A stretch of DNA of 32,000 nt from Acaryochloris marina MBIC11017 (GCF_000018105.1 NC_009931.1:92962-124961); one strand, 5' to 3'; numbered from the stretch's first letter, positions 16,971 through 24,431 are shown. The notes: generated from the letters alone by a model not told the origin. Program-made: numbers and translations.

Positions 16971-18356
16971 TTAAGCTGCCTGGGTAATCCGACTTTTGAC
17001 CGCTCCAGTAGGATCTGTGTTCAGATATTTCTGAAGAACTGGAGGCATCTTCAATTCCAAGGCTCTTGCTGTGAATTCCTTCTCAATAACTGAACGCTCT
17101 GTTAGGGAATTGAGTGCTTCCAGGATTTGGGATTTTGAGGTAACACATTGGCACTCCTCAACTAAGTACTGAACCAAACTATCTAAGGTGATTGACTCAT
17201 TCTGTTCTAGCTGCTGGGCCACGAAAACTAGGATTTGTATCTCCAGCAAATTGTAGTTTCCTTTATTGCTAAATTGCTGATCAAACTTAGAAAGGAAAGG
17301 ATCACCCAGCCAGGTAGTTTCATACTCGACAAATCGACTAACCTGTCCACCAAAAAACTCTTTAATGCGACTTGCTATACTATTGAGCGCAAGTGGATTT
17401 CCACGATATTGACCAGCAATTTTTATCCATTCTTTTTTACCAGATAAATCGTATTCTTTATATATCCCTACAGACTCATCTGCAGTAACTCCCAACAATT
17501 GCAAAGTCTTGACTGGCTTCCCTGTATTACCCAATTCATCGAGATCTTTAAATATTTCTCTACTGGTTAAAACTATGCAACTCTGGTGAGATTCTTCTAT
17601 AACTCTTCTTAAGAAAATCCCATAGCTGGAGTTCTCTTCTCCATATGGATTAAAAGAGTTACCTTTCAGTATTGATTCACACTCATCCAGAACTAACAAA
17701 CATCGATTTGTCTTGAGTAGTTCTATGAAATCATCACTTGTGTATGCTTTGTCTTTATCAAAAGCTTCTGGGTTGACATCTCGAATAATATCTCGACATA
17801 AGTCTTCCATCTTGGGGGAGTAACCAATTGACTTCCAGATATACAGAGCATATTCATAATCTGGGGACTGGCGAACGGTGTCAACCAGCTTCGCAGCTAA
17901 ACTGCTTTTTCCAATTCCAACCGGGCCTGTTATAACAACACAGTGATTAGCCTGGGTGTCCTTCAGTAAGGTTTCTACTTCTTTTGCTCGACCATATATA
18001 TTCTCATGAGTCGGTAAGTAGCCAATCAAAGGCTGAGCTTTGTCAATCCATAATTCACCATTTTTAGGCAATTCATCTACCGATTGGAGTAAGTTTCTAA
18101 CAAATCCCTGTATGTATGGCTTCCCAATTTTATGCTCATCGCCAACTGCTTCTTGGAGGAATCGCCATAGCCCAGGCCCAGCAGTATTACAGAGATAGAC
18201 CTTCTCAAATCGTGACTTATCTGCCAAAGCCTCATAAGACAAGCCCTCGATAGAACCCCGCAGGATATAATTCTCAACCTCATTGAGCTTCTTGCCTCGA
18301 ATTTTGAGGGATTGATCATCAACCCAGGCATAAAACTCTTCCAATGTTATAGCCAT
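16971..18356 (-). CDS. short STAND (NB-ARC-like) P-loop NTPase with N-terminal HTH-like domain and no repeat sensor array
   Basis: Walker A VVITGPVGIGKSSLAAKL and Walker B CLLVLDECE. The N-terminal ~90 aa (LNEVENYILRGSIEGLSYEALA...GPGLWRFL...KIGKPYIQGFVRNLL) follow the pattern common at N-termini of cyanobacterial NB-ARC/WD40 proteins. At 461 aa, no WD40/TPR/LRR follows. Confidence 0.85.
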   Translation of the reverse strand: MAITLEEFYAWVDDQSLKIRGKKLNEVENYILRGSIEGLSYEALADKSRFEKVYLCNTAGPGLWRFLQEAVGDEHKIGKPYIQGFVRNLLQSVDELPKNGELWIDKAQPLIGYLPTHENIYGRAKEVETLLKDTQANHCVVITGPVGIGKSSLAAKLVDTVRQSPDYEYALYIWKSIGYSPKMEDLCRDIIRDVNPEAFDKDKAYTSDDFIELLKTNRCLLVLDECESILKGNSFNPYGEENSSYGIFLRRVIEESHQSCIVLTSREIFKDLDELGNTGKPVKTLQLLGVTADESVGIYKEYDLSGKKEWIKIAGQYRGNPLALNSIASRIKEFFGGQVSRFVEYETTWLGDPFLSKFDQQFSNKGNYNLLEIQILVFVAQQLEQNESITLDSLVQYLVEECQCVTSKSQILEALNSLTERSVIEKEFTARALELKMPPVLQKYLNTDPTGAVKSRITQAA

Positions 18357-18671
18357 ACCCGTCCCTGTATAGATTCTTTGCTAGAAATCCAAAGTAAGTT
18401 AATACAGATAAGTATAAATGATAGCTATTAACCTATTGAATTAATATCATTATCTGATGAATATTCACAGACTCGATGGTAATTATCTCTCAATCTCATG
18501 TAAGCAAGAAGCCATATAGCCCCATCAACAGCACTATAAGTCAGATGTCATAATAGATTATTAATCCTTTTCTAGTGGATATAGTGAATTATCTAGTAAA
18601 AAAACTATTAATTTAATTCTATATTTGTAGTAATCTTGCTTTTAAGGTCTACTAAACCTGGAGTCAAGATA

Positions 18672-19256
18672 ATGCTTGAGCATAATTCCATCCCCGAACA
18701 GATTCAGCCACAGCTACTCAAGCTCTCCCTAATAGAGCTAGACGAGGGAATTCAACCCCGACAGAAACTCAGTCAGGAGGTGATTACTGAATATGCGGAG
18801 GCTATGAGACAGGGAGCTACGTTTCCGCCTGTTATTGTTTTCTTCGATGGCAATAAATACTGGTTGGCAGACGGATTTCATAGGATTGCTGCAAAAAAGG
18901 CGAATGGCGATCTTGAAATCATCACGGAGAAAAAGCTCGGCTCCCGTCGAGACGCGATTTTATATGCCGTTGGAGCTAATGCAACTTACGGGCTTCAGCG
19001 CAGTAATGACGACAAAAGAAAGGTGATTAAAAAAATGTTGAGCGATCACCAGTGGTGTCAGTGGAGTAACCGCGAAATTGCTCGGCGCTGCAAAGTTAGC
19101 TATGAGATGGTCAGAAACATCAGAAATGAGCTGCCTGACAACCGCTGTCAGATACAAAAGTTAACAAAAATCTCGCGAAAAGGAGATCGACGTCTTGTTC
19201 TACGAAAAGGTAAAACTTATAGCATGAACATATCAAATCTTAAACACCCTAAATAA
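18672..19256 (+). CDS. ParB/Srx-fold N-terminal-domain protein with HTH (short paralog)
   Basis: PPVIVFFDGNKYWLADGFHRIAAKK (DGFHR box), ILYAVGANATYGLQRSNDDKRKVIKKML and SNREIARRCKVSYEMVRNIR (HTH). The ATG at 18672 with GGAG 8 nt upstream is preferred over the TTG at 18636 given in the ORF track. Confidence 0.85.
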   Translation: MLEHNSIPEQIQPQLLKLSLIELDEGIQPRQKLSQEVITEYAEAMRQGATFPPVIVFFDGNKYWLADGFHRIAAKKANGDLEIITEKKLGSRRDAILYAVGANATYGLQRSNDDKRKVIKKMLSDHQWCQWSNREIARRCKVSYEMVRNIRNELPDNRCQIQKLTKISRKGDRRLVLRKGKTYSMNISNLKHPK

Positions 19257-19455
19257 AAAAAAGAGAATACTGCCTATTTACAATAAGCAGCGAGGGCCAG
19301 TTTGAATCCTGCTTATGCAAAGCAATAAAGAAAAAAAACTTAATACTATCAAATCGCTGCAGTTGACGAAACATTTTCAATTCTCGGAATCACTTTATTG
19401 CTGAGGGATTTACATGTTTTTATAACGATATGCTGTTCTCTATCGTTAGCTTTTA

Positions 19456-20556
19456 ATGCCGCCCCAAAAGCCCCAAAGCAATTCTTCAGAACCCACCGTT
19501 CAGTCTATTGTGATAGCCAATATTCGCGTGGATGGAGGAACGCAACCGCGCTCCCAATTATACGAAGAAGTGGTAGCAGAATATGCTGAAGAAATGAAGG
19601 AAGGGGCAGATTTCCCACCTGTAACTGTTTACTTTGATGGCAAGGAATATTGGCTAGCTGATGGCTTCCATAGAGTACGGGCCAAAGAAACTTTAGGAGA
19701 AAAGAAAGTTGCTGCTGAAGTCTATTGTGGAACTCAACGAGATGCAGTGCTATACGCTGTTGGAGCTAATGCTAAACATGGATTGAGACGAACGAATGCA
19801 GATAAACGTCGTTCTGTAGAAAGACTACTACGCGACTATGAGTGGAGCAGATGGAGTGATCGCGAGATATCTAGAAAATGTGGCGTTAGTTCTACTATGG
19901 TTAACAATCTGAGAAAATCTATAGAATCGCCTGAACAAAGCTCTGCAAAAGACGATAATTTTATTTCAGATGATCTCTCTAAAATACGCCTTGCCCAAAG
20001 GGGTGGGAAAACATATGAGATCGATACCACTAACCTCAGTAAAATTAATCAGAAGAAGACATTATCACCAAGGCGAAAAAGAGCTAAAAAGCAGCCTAAA
20101 TCTACTTCAGAGTCTATTGAGGCTCCACCTAAGCGCGTTCGGCCAGGTGAGGTATGGAAGCTTGGGAGGTTTCATTTTCTTTTTTGTGGTAATCCAGACT
20201 CTGATGAATTTCAGCAGCTTTTACCATCGGAAATTTCATTGCTACTTGTCTTTCCTCAGTCATCCGAGCAGTGGCCCCAAACTAGGCCACAAAATGCAAG
20301 AAGTGTAGTGGTATTCGATACTCCTTTCGGTGAAGACCTGCATTTGGAAACTTTAAGAGGAATTATCGAAAATTCCCTTGCAGGGACTACAGATGCTAAT
20401 GATCCGGTAGTTATCATAAATCTCCTTGATCCATCACTGTTTATTCTGATAGACGATTTGCAATGCAGATGTTGTTGTGCTGAACCTGATCCACAGCGCT
20501 GCTCAGATGCTTTAACGGCATGGTCAGTGACAAATCAGCCATCAAAGAGGTTGTAA
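19456..20556 (+). CDS. ParB/Srx-fold N-terminal-domain protein with HTH and a degenerate DNA-methyltransferase-like C-terminal tail (long paralog)
   Basis: The core is collinear with the upstream paralog (PPVTVYFDGKEYWLADGFHRVRAKE, VLYAVGANAKHGLRRTNADKRRSVERLL, SDREISRKCGVSSTMVNNLRK). The tail GEVWKLGRFHFLFCGNPDSDEFQQLL...LLLVFPQS mirrors the G-D-x-W-x-LG-x-H-R-L-x-CGD...DLV-x-TDPPY start of ParB-fused N6/N4 methylases. FPQS (20251-20262) sits where DPPY would be. Confidence 0.85.
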   Translation: MPPQKPQSNSSEPTVQSIVIANIRVDGGTQPRSQLYEEVVAEYAEEMKEGADFPPVTVYFDGKEYWLADGFHRVRAKETLGEKKVAAEVYCGTQRDAVLYAVGANAKHGLRRTNADKRRSVERLLRDYEWSRWSDREISRKCGVSSTMVNNLRKSIESPEQSSAKDDNFISDDLSKIRLAQRGGKTYEIDTTNLSKINQKKTLSPRRKRAKKQPKSTSESIEAPPKRVRPGEVWKLGRFHFLFCGNPDSDEFQQLLPSEISLLLVFPQSSEQWPQTRPQNARSVVVFDTPFGEDLHLETLRGIIENSLAGTTDANDPVVIINLLDPSLFILIDDLQCRCCCAEPDPQRCSDALTAWSVTNQPSKRL

Positions 20557-20728
20557 TATTCCGTCAAACTTATCATTCGACCTATCATTTTGGAATTTTT
20601 GCTCAGTAATAGGTGAGCAACTCTCATTGAACACTTAATATTTTTCAATCACTCTTCCTACTTTGGGACGTTTGTTGTAGGATCTCAACAAGCTATTGAA
20701 ACCCCTAATAACCTTTTTCGGTCATTCT

Positions 20729-20750
20729 TATCCTCCTCCTAAGGAGGATA
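20729..20750. repeat. perfect 8-bp inverted repeat tatcctcc-N6-ggaggata
   Basis: Read directly. Lies in the 594-bp non-coding gap between the ParB-like and Rep genes. Confidence 0.8.
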
Positions 20751-20860
20751 GTCTTAACTTGCCCTAGTTAGATTCGGCTAAATCAGGCTAATTTTCCCAG
20801 GAGATATATCTTTACATCTCCCTAGCGTCTACTAGTTGTGTATCTTAGTATCGAAATTCG

Positions 20861-20889
20861 CTGAATGCTTGATCGATCAAGCGTTTCAG
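20861..20889. promoter_or_regulatory. 29-bp near-perfect palindrome with perfect 16-bp core gcttgatcgatcaagc (20867-20882); candidate protein-binding site (ParB/centromere-like, operator or origin element)
   Basis: Sequence ctgaatgcttgatcgatcaagcgtttcag. The arms pair with one bulge. It is the only copy of the core that I found by eye in the window. It lies 305 nt after the ParB-like stop and 262 nt before the Rep start. The function is inferred. Confidence 0.35.
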
Positions 20890-21150
20890 TGTATTTAAAG
20901 TCTAGTTCATTAGTTCTGGAGGTGACAAAGAAGAAAAAGCCCCTTTAAACGACAAACCCCCAACTTGGCAGGAGGGGAGAGTCGTAAACATATATTTTGC
21001 GGTAGGGCGGGAACCTAAGCTTCTTGGCAGGGGCATTGGTTACCTGGGTTTTACCGTGCTTAGATTTTAGAACACATTTGCGGAAAAATGCAACCGTGTA
21101 CTTAAACCTTTGCTACGGCTCCCTTCCGCTACACAAATAGGGAGTATGCC

Positions 21151-23172
21151 GTGAACGCGGAACCAGTTTTTTATGGTCATGAGAACAAATCTCGTGTACC
21201 TCATCGCAGAACTCATGACCCATTACCCGCAGATCCTGTGGGTCAACGATTAGCTCTTTTATTTCCCAATGGTTGGGACTGGATCTTTGCTTCAGCACCA
21301 GATCCAGGTAATCCTGTTGATTGGGAAACAGTGAAGAAATTTCCCCTCTCCCCCGTGGAGATGTGGAGCCACCACCAAGACCCAGACTGCCTGATCGGAG
21401 TTAGGCCGAGTGCCCAAACCCGGTGGCTCGTCCTCGATATCGACAAGGACTCTCGCTATCACCCTTCGAGTGATCCCGAGTGGCTTCCAAAGATCCGACA
21501 TGCCCTGGAAGACATCGGTATCTGCCGCTCACTCCTTTGCCAAAGCAGCCACAGTGGGGGGCTTCACCTCTACCTGCCTCTCCCCGAATCCGTCAGCAGT
21601 TTTTGGCTGAGTGTGTGTATCAAGCTCAACCTGGAAGCTGAAGGCATCAAGTTCTATGGAGGCCAATGCGAGCTTTACCCCAACCCCAAAAGGTATGTGC
21701 CCAAAGGTAAGGGCTACAGTCTCTTTGCGGCATTCCGTCTCCCTATGCAGCCGGGTAGTGGTTTTCATCCCCTTGACGCTGATCTAAATCCGCTCCCCTG
21801 GTCTCTGGAAACTTGGCTAGAGGCTTTCGAGCTATGTGCCGATGGCCAGGACATGGGGCGCTTGAGTCATGCGATCGCAGACGCGCAGCAGAACTTCAAA
21901 GTCCGAAAATCCGGTAACGCCTCCTCCCTCGCCACCTGGCAGGAAAGAATCCATGAAGAAAAACAGCAAGGCTGGACAGGCCCCTGCCAAACCAACGAGA
22001 AGCTGAAGATCATCGCCTGCGAAGCCCGCGTATTTTTGGGAATGGATAGCCCAGAGCAGATCGCAGAATATGTTTGCCAAACTGCTCAGAACACCCCAGG
22101 CTTTAACGAACATTGTCGCCATCAGCATGAAATCGAGCGCCGTAGCTATGAGGTGGCAACCTGGGCCATGCGCTACTACTGGCCCGCTGGTTCAGCCCCC
22201 ACCCGAGACGCCAAATACCACGATAAGCAAGTTGCCCCCGCCGATTTCGGCTACCACCAATCCAAGCGTGAAGCCGCCCAGAACCGGATCAAACAAGCCG
22301 TTCTAGAACTCAAACGAGTCGATAAACTTCCCCCTGGTATCGCAGCTCGTGCCAGTGCGATCGCAAAACTAGCTCACACCAGCCAGAAAACCTTATACCG
22401 CAAGTCAAACCTAGAACTCTGGCACCCTCATCATTTACCCCCAGAACCCCCTCAGAAAGCCCCAGAAGCCTTACAGAAAGGGACTATTACACAACTAGGG
22501 TCAAACAATACTCACCTTTTAAACCAGCGAAAGCTGGAACTACTGTTATTCCGTTCCTTTTTACAACTCTATATTTATGTAGGGTTTGTAATCCAAACGA
22601 TTAGAATCCAAGCCGCCGTCGCCCTGGCCCCTAAAGGCCAAAGGGCGGCGAAAGCGGCGCTTGAGAGTTCTGAAGATCTAGATCGGGGGGGTCTGGGGGG
22701 GAACTCCAAGGTTATTCCCATCCAAAATTGGGATCAGCTGCACTTATCCCTACCTCCGGGCCTGCAGCAGAAAATCTCTAACGCTAAGCGACAACAAAAG
22801 CGAGAGCTTGAGCTGGAACAACGCCGACGTCAACGGCTGAAAGCAAGAAAGTCACAGCGAAAGGCGCATAGTGAAGCAAACACAGAATTGCGGCCGCAAC
22901 AAGAACAGCTTCCCCTTCACTTAGTTACTACCGGTGATCAGCCGATAGAACGACAGGCGCGACTCAGTGAACGAGAAGAGTTCGACCGTTGGTATCGGCT
23001 GGCTCAACAGTGCAAACTGGTCGCAGACTACTCTTGGAGGGACGGAGAGTATTGGGTACTAGCCGAAGAACAATGGCAGCCTTATTCGGAGTTATCAGCG
23101 GTATTTACACTACGGGCAATGGAAAGGATGTTTGGAGTTTCTTTTGATTTTGGAGACGGTAGGGATGATTAA
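21151..23172 (+). CDS. replication-initiator candidate with an archaeo-eukaryotic primase (PrimPol)-like N-terminal domain
   Basis: GTG start with AGGGAG 7 nt upstream. AEP-like motif I WLVLDIDKD (Asp codons 21436-21444). Motif II SSHSGGLHLYLPLP (21547-21573). Later GGQCELYPNPK...AFRLPMQPGSG. Basic coiled-coil C-terminus. Sits next to the ParB-like genes and the T4SS. Confidence 0.65.
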   Translation: MNAEPVFYGHENKSRVPHRRTHDPLPADPVGQRLALLFPNGWDWIFASAPDPGNPVDWETVKKFPLSPVEMWSHHQDPDCLIGVRPSAQTRWLVLDIDKDSRYHPSSDPEWLPKIRHALEDIGICRSLLCQSSHSGGLHLYLPLPESVSSFWLSVCIKLNLEAEGIKFYGGQCELYPNPKRYVPKGKGYSLFAAFRLPMQPGSGFHPLDADLNPLPWSLETWLEAFELCADGQDMGRLSHAIADAQQNFKVRKSGNASSLATWQERIHEEKQQGWTGPCQTNEKLKIIACEARVFLGMDSPEQIAEYVCQTAQNTPGFNEHCRHQHEIERRSYEVATWAMRYYWPAGSAPTRDAKYHDKQVAPADFGYHQSKREAAQNRIKQAVLELKRVDKLPPGIAARASAIAKLAHTSQKTLYRKSNLELWHPHHLPPEPPQKAPEALQKGTITQLGSNNTHLLNQRKLELLLFRSFLQLYIYVGFVIQTIRIQAAVALAPKGQRAAKAALESSEDLDRGGLGGNSKVIPIQNWDQLHLSLPPGLQQKISNAKRQQKRELELEQRRRQRLKARKSQRKAHSEANTELRPQQEQLPLHLVTTGDQPIERQARLSEREEFDRWYRLAQQCKLVADYSWRDGEYWVLAEEQWQPYSELSAVFTLRAMERMFGVSFDFGDGRDD

Positions 23173-23401
23173 AAAAACGATTTTTATCCTGAAAGATGAA
23201 GAATCCTTTGTGAAGGATTTTGATTTTAAGCAACAGCAACTGATGCTGACGAAAGAGGTGTCTGACGCGTATTGTTTCAACTTGATTGAGGCGACTGAAG
23301 TTGTTCGTTGTCTGGGATGGCTAGCGTCTGAAAGGCTTGTTATTAAGCCCTTTAAAGGAAAATTTGCCCCTGGTCAGATTATACTGACTCGTTCAATGTA
23401 A
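23165..23401 (+). CDS. small hypothetical protein (78 aa from the ATG at 23165; the ORF track starts it at 23132)
   Basis: The ATG at 23165 overlaps the Rep stop (23170-23172) and follows GGAGACGGTAGGG. No motif recognised. Confidence 0.4.
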   Translation: MIKKTIFILKDEESFVKDFDFKQQQLMLTKEVSDAYCFNLIEATEVVRCLGWLASERLVIKPFKGKFAPGQIILTRSM

Positions 23402-23420
23402 ACGACTGTAACAGCTAGCT

Positions 23421-23450
23421 TTGACGTATTTCCCTCGTTGGCGCTAGAGT
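23421..23450 (+). promoter_or_regulatory. sigma70-like promoter candidate TTGACG-18-TAGAGT for the T4SS operon
   Basis: Hexamers read at 23421-23426 and 23445-23450. It would give a ~250-nt leader before the 23706 ATG. Sequence match only. Confidence 0.25.
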
Positions 23451-23521
23451 ACTCCCAAGTGAATCAAGTTTTGGTTTCCAAGACCCAATTGATTTAATTT
23501 TGTTTTCTCACTTTTCTCAAT

Positions 23522-23549
23522 AAAAAAACGGCAAAGGTATATCCTTTGC
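23522..23549 (-). terminator. intrinsic terminator-like hairpin on the minus strand (gcaaagg-atata-cctttgc, then cg + T7)
   Basis: 7-bp perfect stem 23531-23537 / 23543-23549 with a 5-nt loop. On the minus strand it is followed after 2 nt by seven T (23528-23522). On the plus strand the nearest T-run is 24 nt away (23574-23581). Confidence 0.4.
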
Positions 23550-23621
23550 TAGCTCTGTTTACAGTTTTTTTTAAGCAGTATTTCGCCTGAAGATACCTGC
23601 CTTCATTCCGTTCGTCAGACC
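23522..23621 (-). ncRNA. candidate ~100-nt small RNA antisense to the T4SS operon leader
   Basis: The minus strand has TTGGCA (23656-23651), a 17-nt spacer and TAATCT (23633-23628), with the terminator above ~100 nt downstream. No ORF covers it. Purely sequence-pattern based. Confidence 0.25.
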
Positions 23622-23705
23622 CCATCTAGATTAAAAAGACAACCACGGTCTGCCAAGTTCCAGCGAGTCAGACCGTGATCTACTCCCTGTAGAGGAGATG
23701 ATTTC

Positions 23706-24137
23706 ATGCTAACTGTTAATTCTTCACAGGTCACTACTGAACCTGTCGAAGATAGGCAACAACCACAGATTTCTAAAGCAACACCTGAACTCGTTAAAGA
23801 GGTTTATCAGCAACAATATCGAGAGACTTACGCTGAGTTGGCTATCACAGTTCAACAATCCCTTGGCTTCCCCGTGTTGGGAACCTTTGAGGCGTTGTTT
23901 CAACTGGGATGTCGCGAACCTGAAAAAAGCAAGTTGATAGATCAGGGGGTTGCTGAGCATCCTCTGTTGAAGGACTGGCCAATGGGCCAAGAGGACTGCA
24001 TTGGCCTAATTTCGCAGGGGCCGTATGTTCAATCCCAACTCAACTATCATGGCGTCGCCGTTGGAGACATGATGCAGTACGTCTACGAGTTGTTTAGGGA
24101 CAGGACTGTTGAATTTGCAGAGGTCTCTAACGCTTAG
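23706..24137 (+). CDS. hypothetical cytoplasmic protein, first gene of the T4SS operon
   Basis: 143-aa ORF with AGAGGAG 9 nt upstream. No TM segment and no motif recognised. Confidence 0.6.
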   Translation: MLTVNSSQVTTEPVEDRQQPQISKATPELVKEVYQQQYRETYAELAITVQQSLGFPVLGTFEALFQLGCREPEKSKLIDQGVAEHPLLKDWPMGQEDCIGLISQGPYVQSQLNYHGVAVGDMMQYVYELFRDRTVEFAEVSNA

Positions 24138-24194
24138 GTTTAGCGTTGAACACTGGTTCTTTTTAGTTTTTTTATCGCTGTTAACGAGGTCAAT

Positions 24195-24410
24195 ATGCAA
24201 CCTCTTTCGCATCCTATTGGGCGAAGACTGTCTTTCAATCTCTCAATTAAAACGATTCTTGCGGTGATCTTTGGGTTAGGTCTTGGACTGCCCATTGGTT
24301 ACTTCGCCATCCTCTCCTTTTTGCAACCCACTTCTCCAAGCACAGGCCAGAATGCCATTGAAAATGCTGGTGTTGAGCTTGGAAAAGGTGTTCGTCCATT
24401 GACTCCCTAA
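24195..24410 (+). CDS. small single-pass membrane protein
   Basis: 71 aa. Hydrophobic helix ILAVIFGLGLGLPIGYFAILSF. Operon position. Confidence 0.5.
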   Translation: MQPLSHPIGRRLSFNLSIKTILAVIFGLGLGLPIGYFAILSFLQPTSPSTGQNAIENAGVELGKGVRPLTP

Positions 24411-24431
24411 CTCACGTATTGGAGAAACCGT

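Noticed and set aside
18449-18594. Three copies of ATTATCT (18449, 18482, 18588) upstream of the first ParB-like gene, considered as iterons or parS-like sites
   Set aside because: A 7-mer made only of A/T plus one C, recurring three times in a very AT-rich 300-bp region, is within chance expectation. Spacing is irregular and there is no extended conservation around the copies.
21113-21768. Minus-strand ORFs overlapping the 5' part of the Rep gene (21113..21298, 21243..21446, 21292..21501, 21529..21768)
   Set aside because: The plus-strand frame carries the PrimPol-like motifs and a good RBS/GTG start. The antisense frames show nothing recognisable.
22685-22701. Two G7 runs considered as a G-quadruplex
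   Set aside because: Only two G-tracts are present, and a canonical intramolecular quadruplex needs four. They are kept only as possible slippage sites within another finding.
21151-23172. Interpreting the 673-aa protein as the conjugative relaxase of the T4SS
   Set aside because: I saw no relaxase-type motifs: no histidine triad H-x-H/H-x-D-x-x-H context and no N-terminal catalytic Tyr signature. The D-x-D / S-G-G-x-H-x-Y pattern fits primase-polymerases better.
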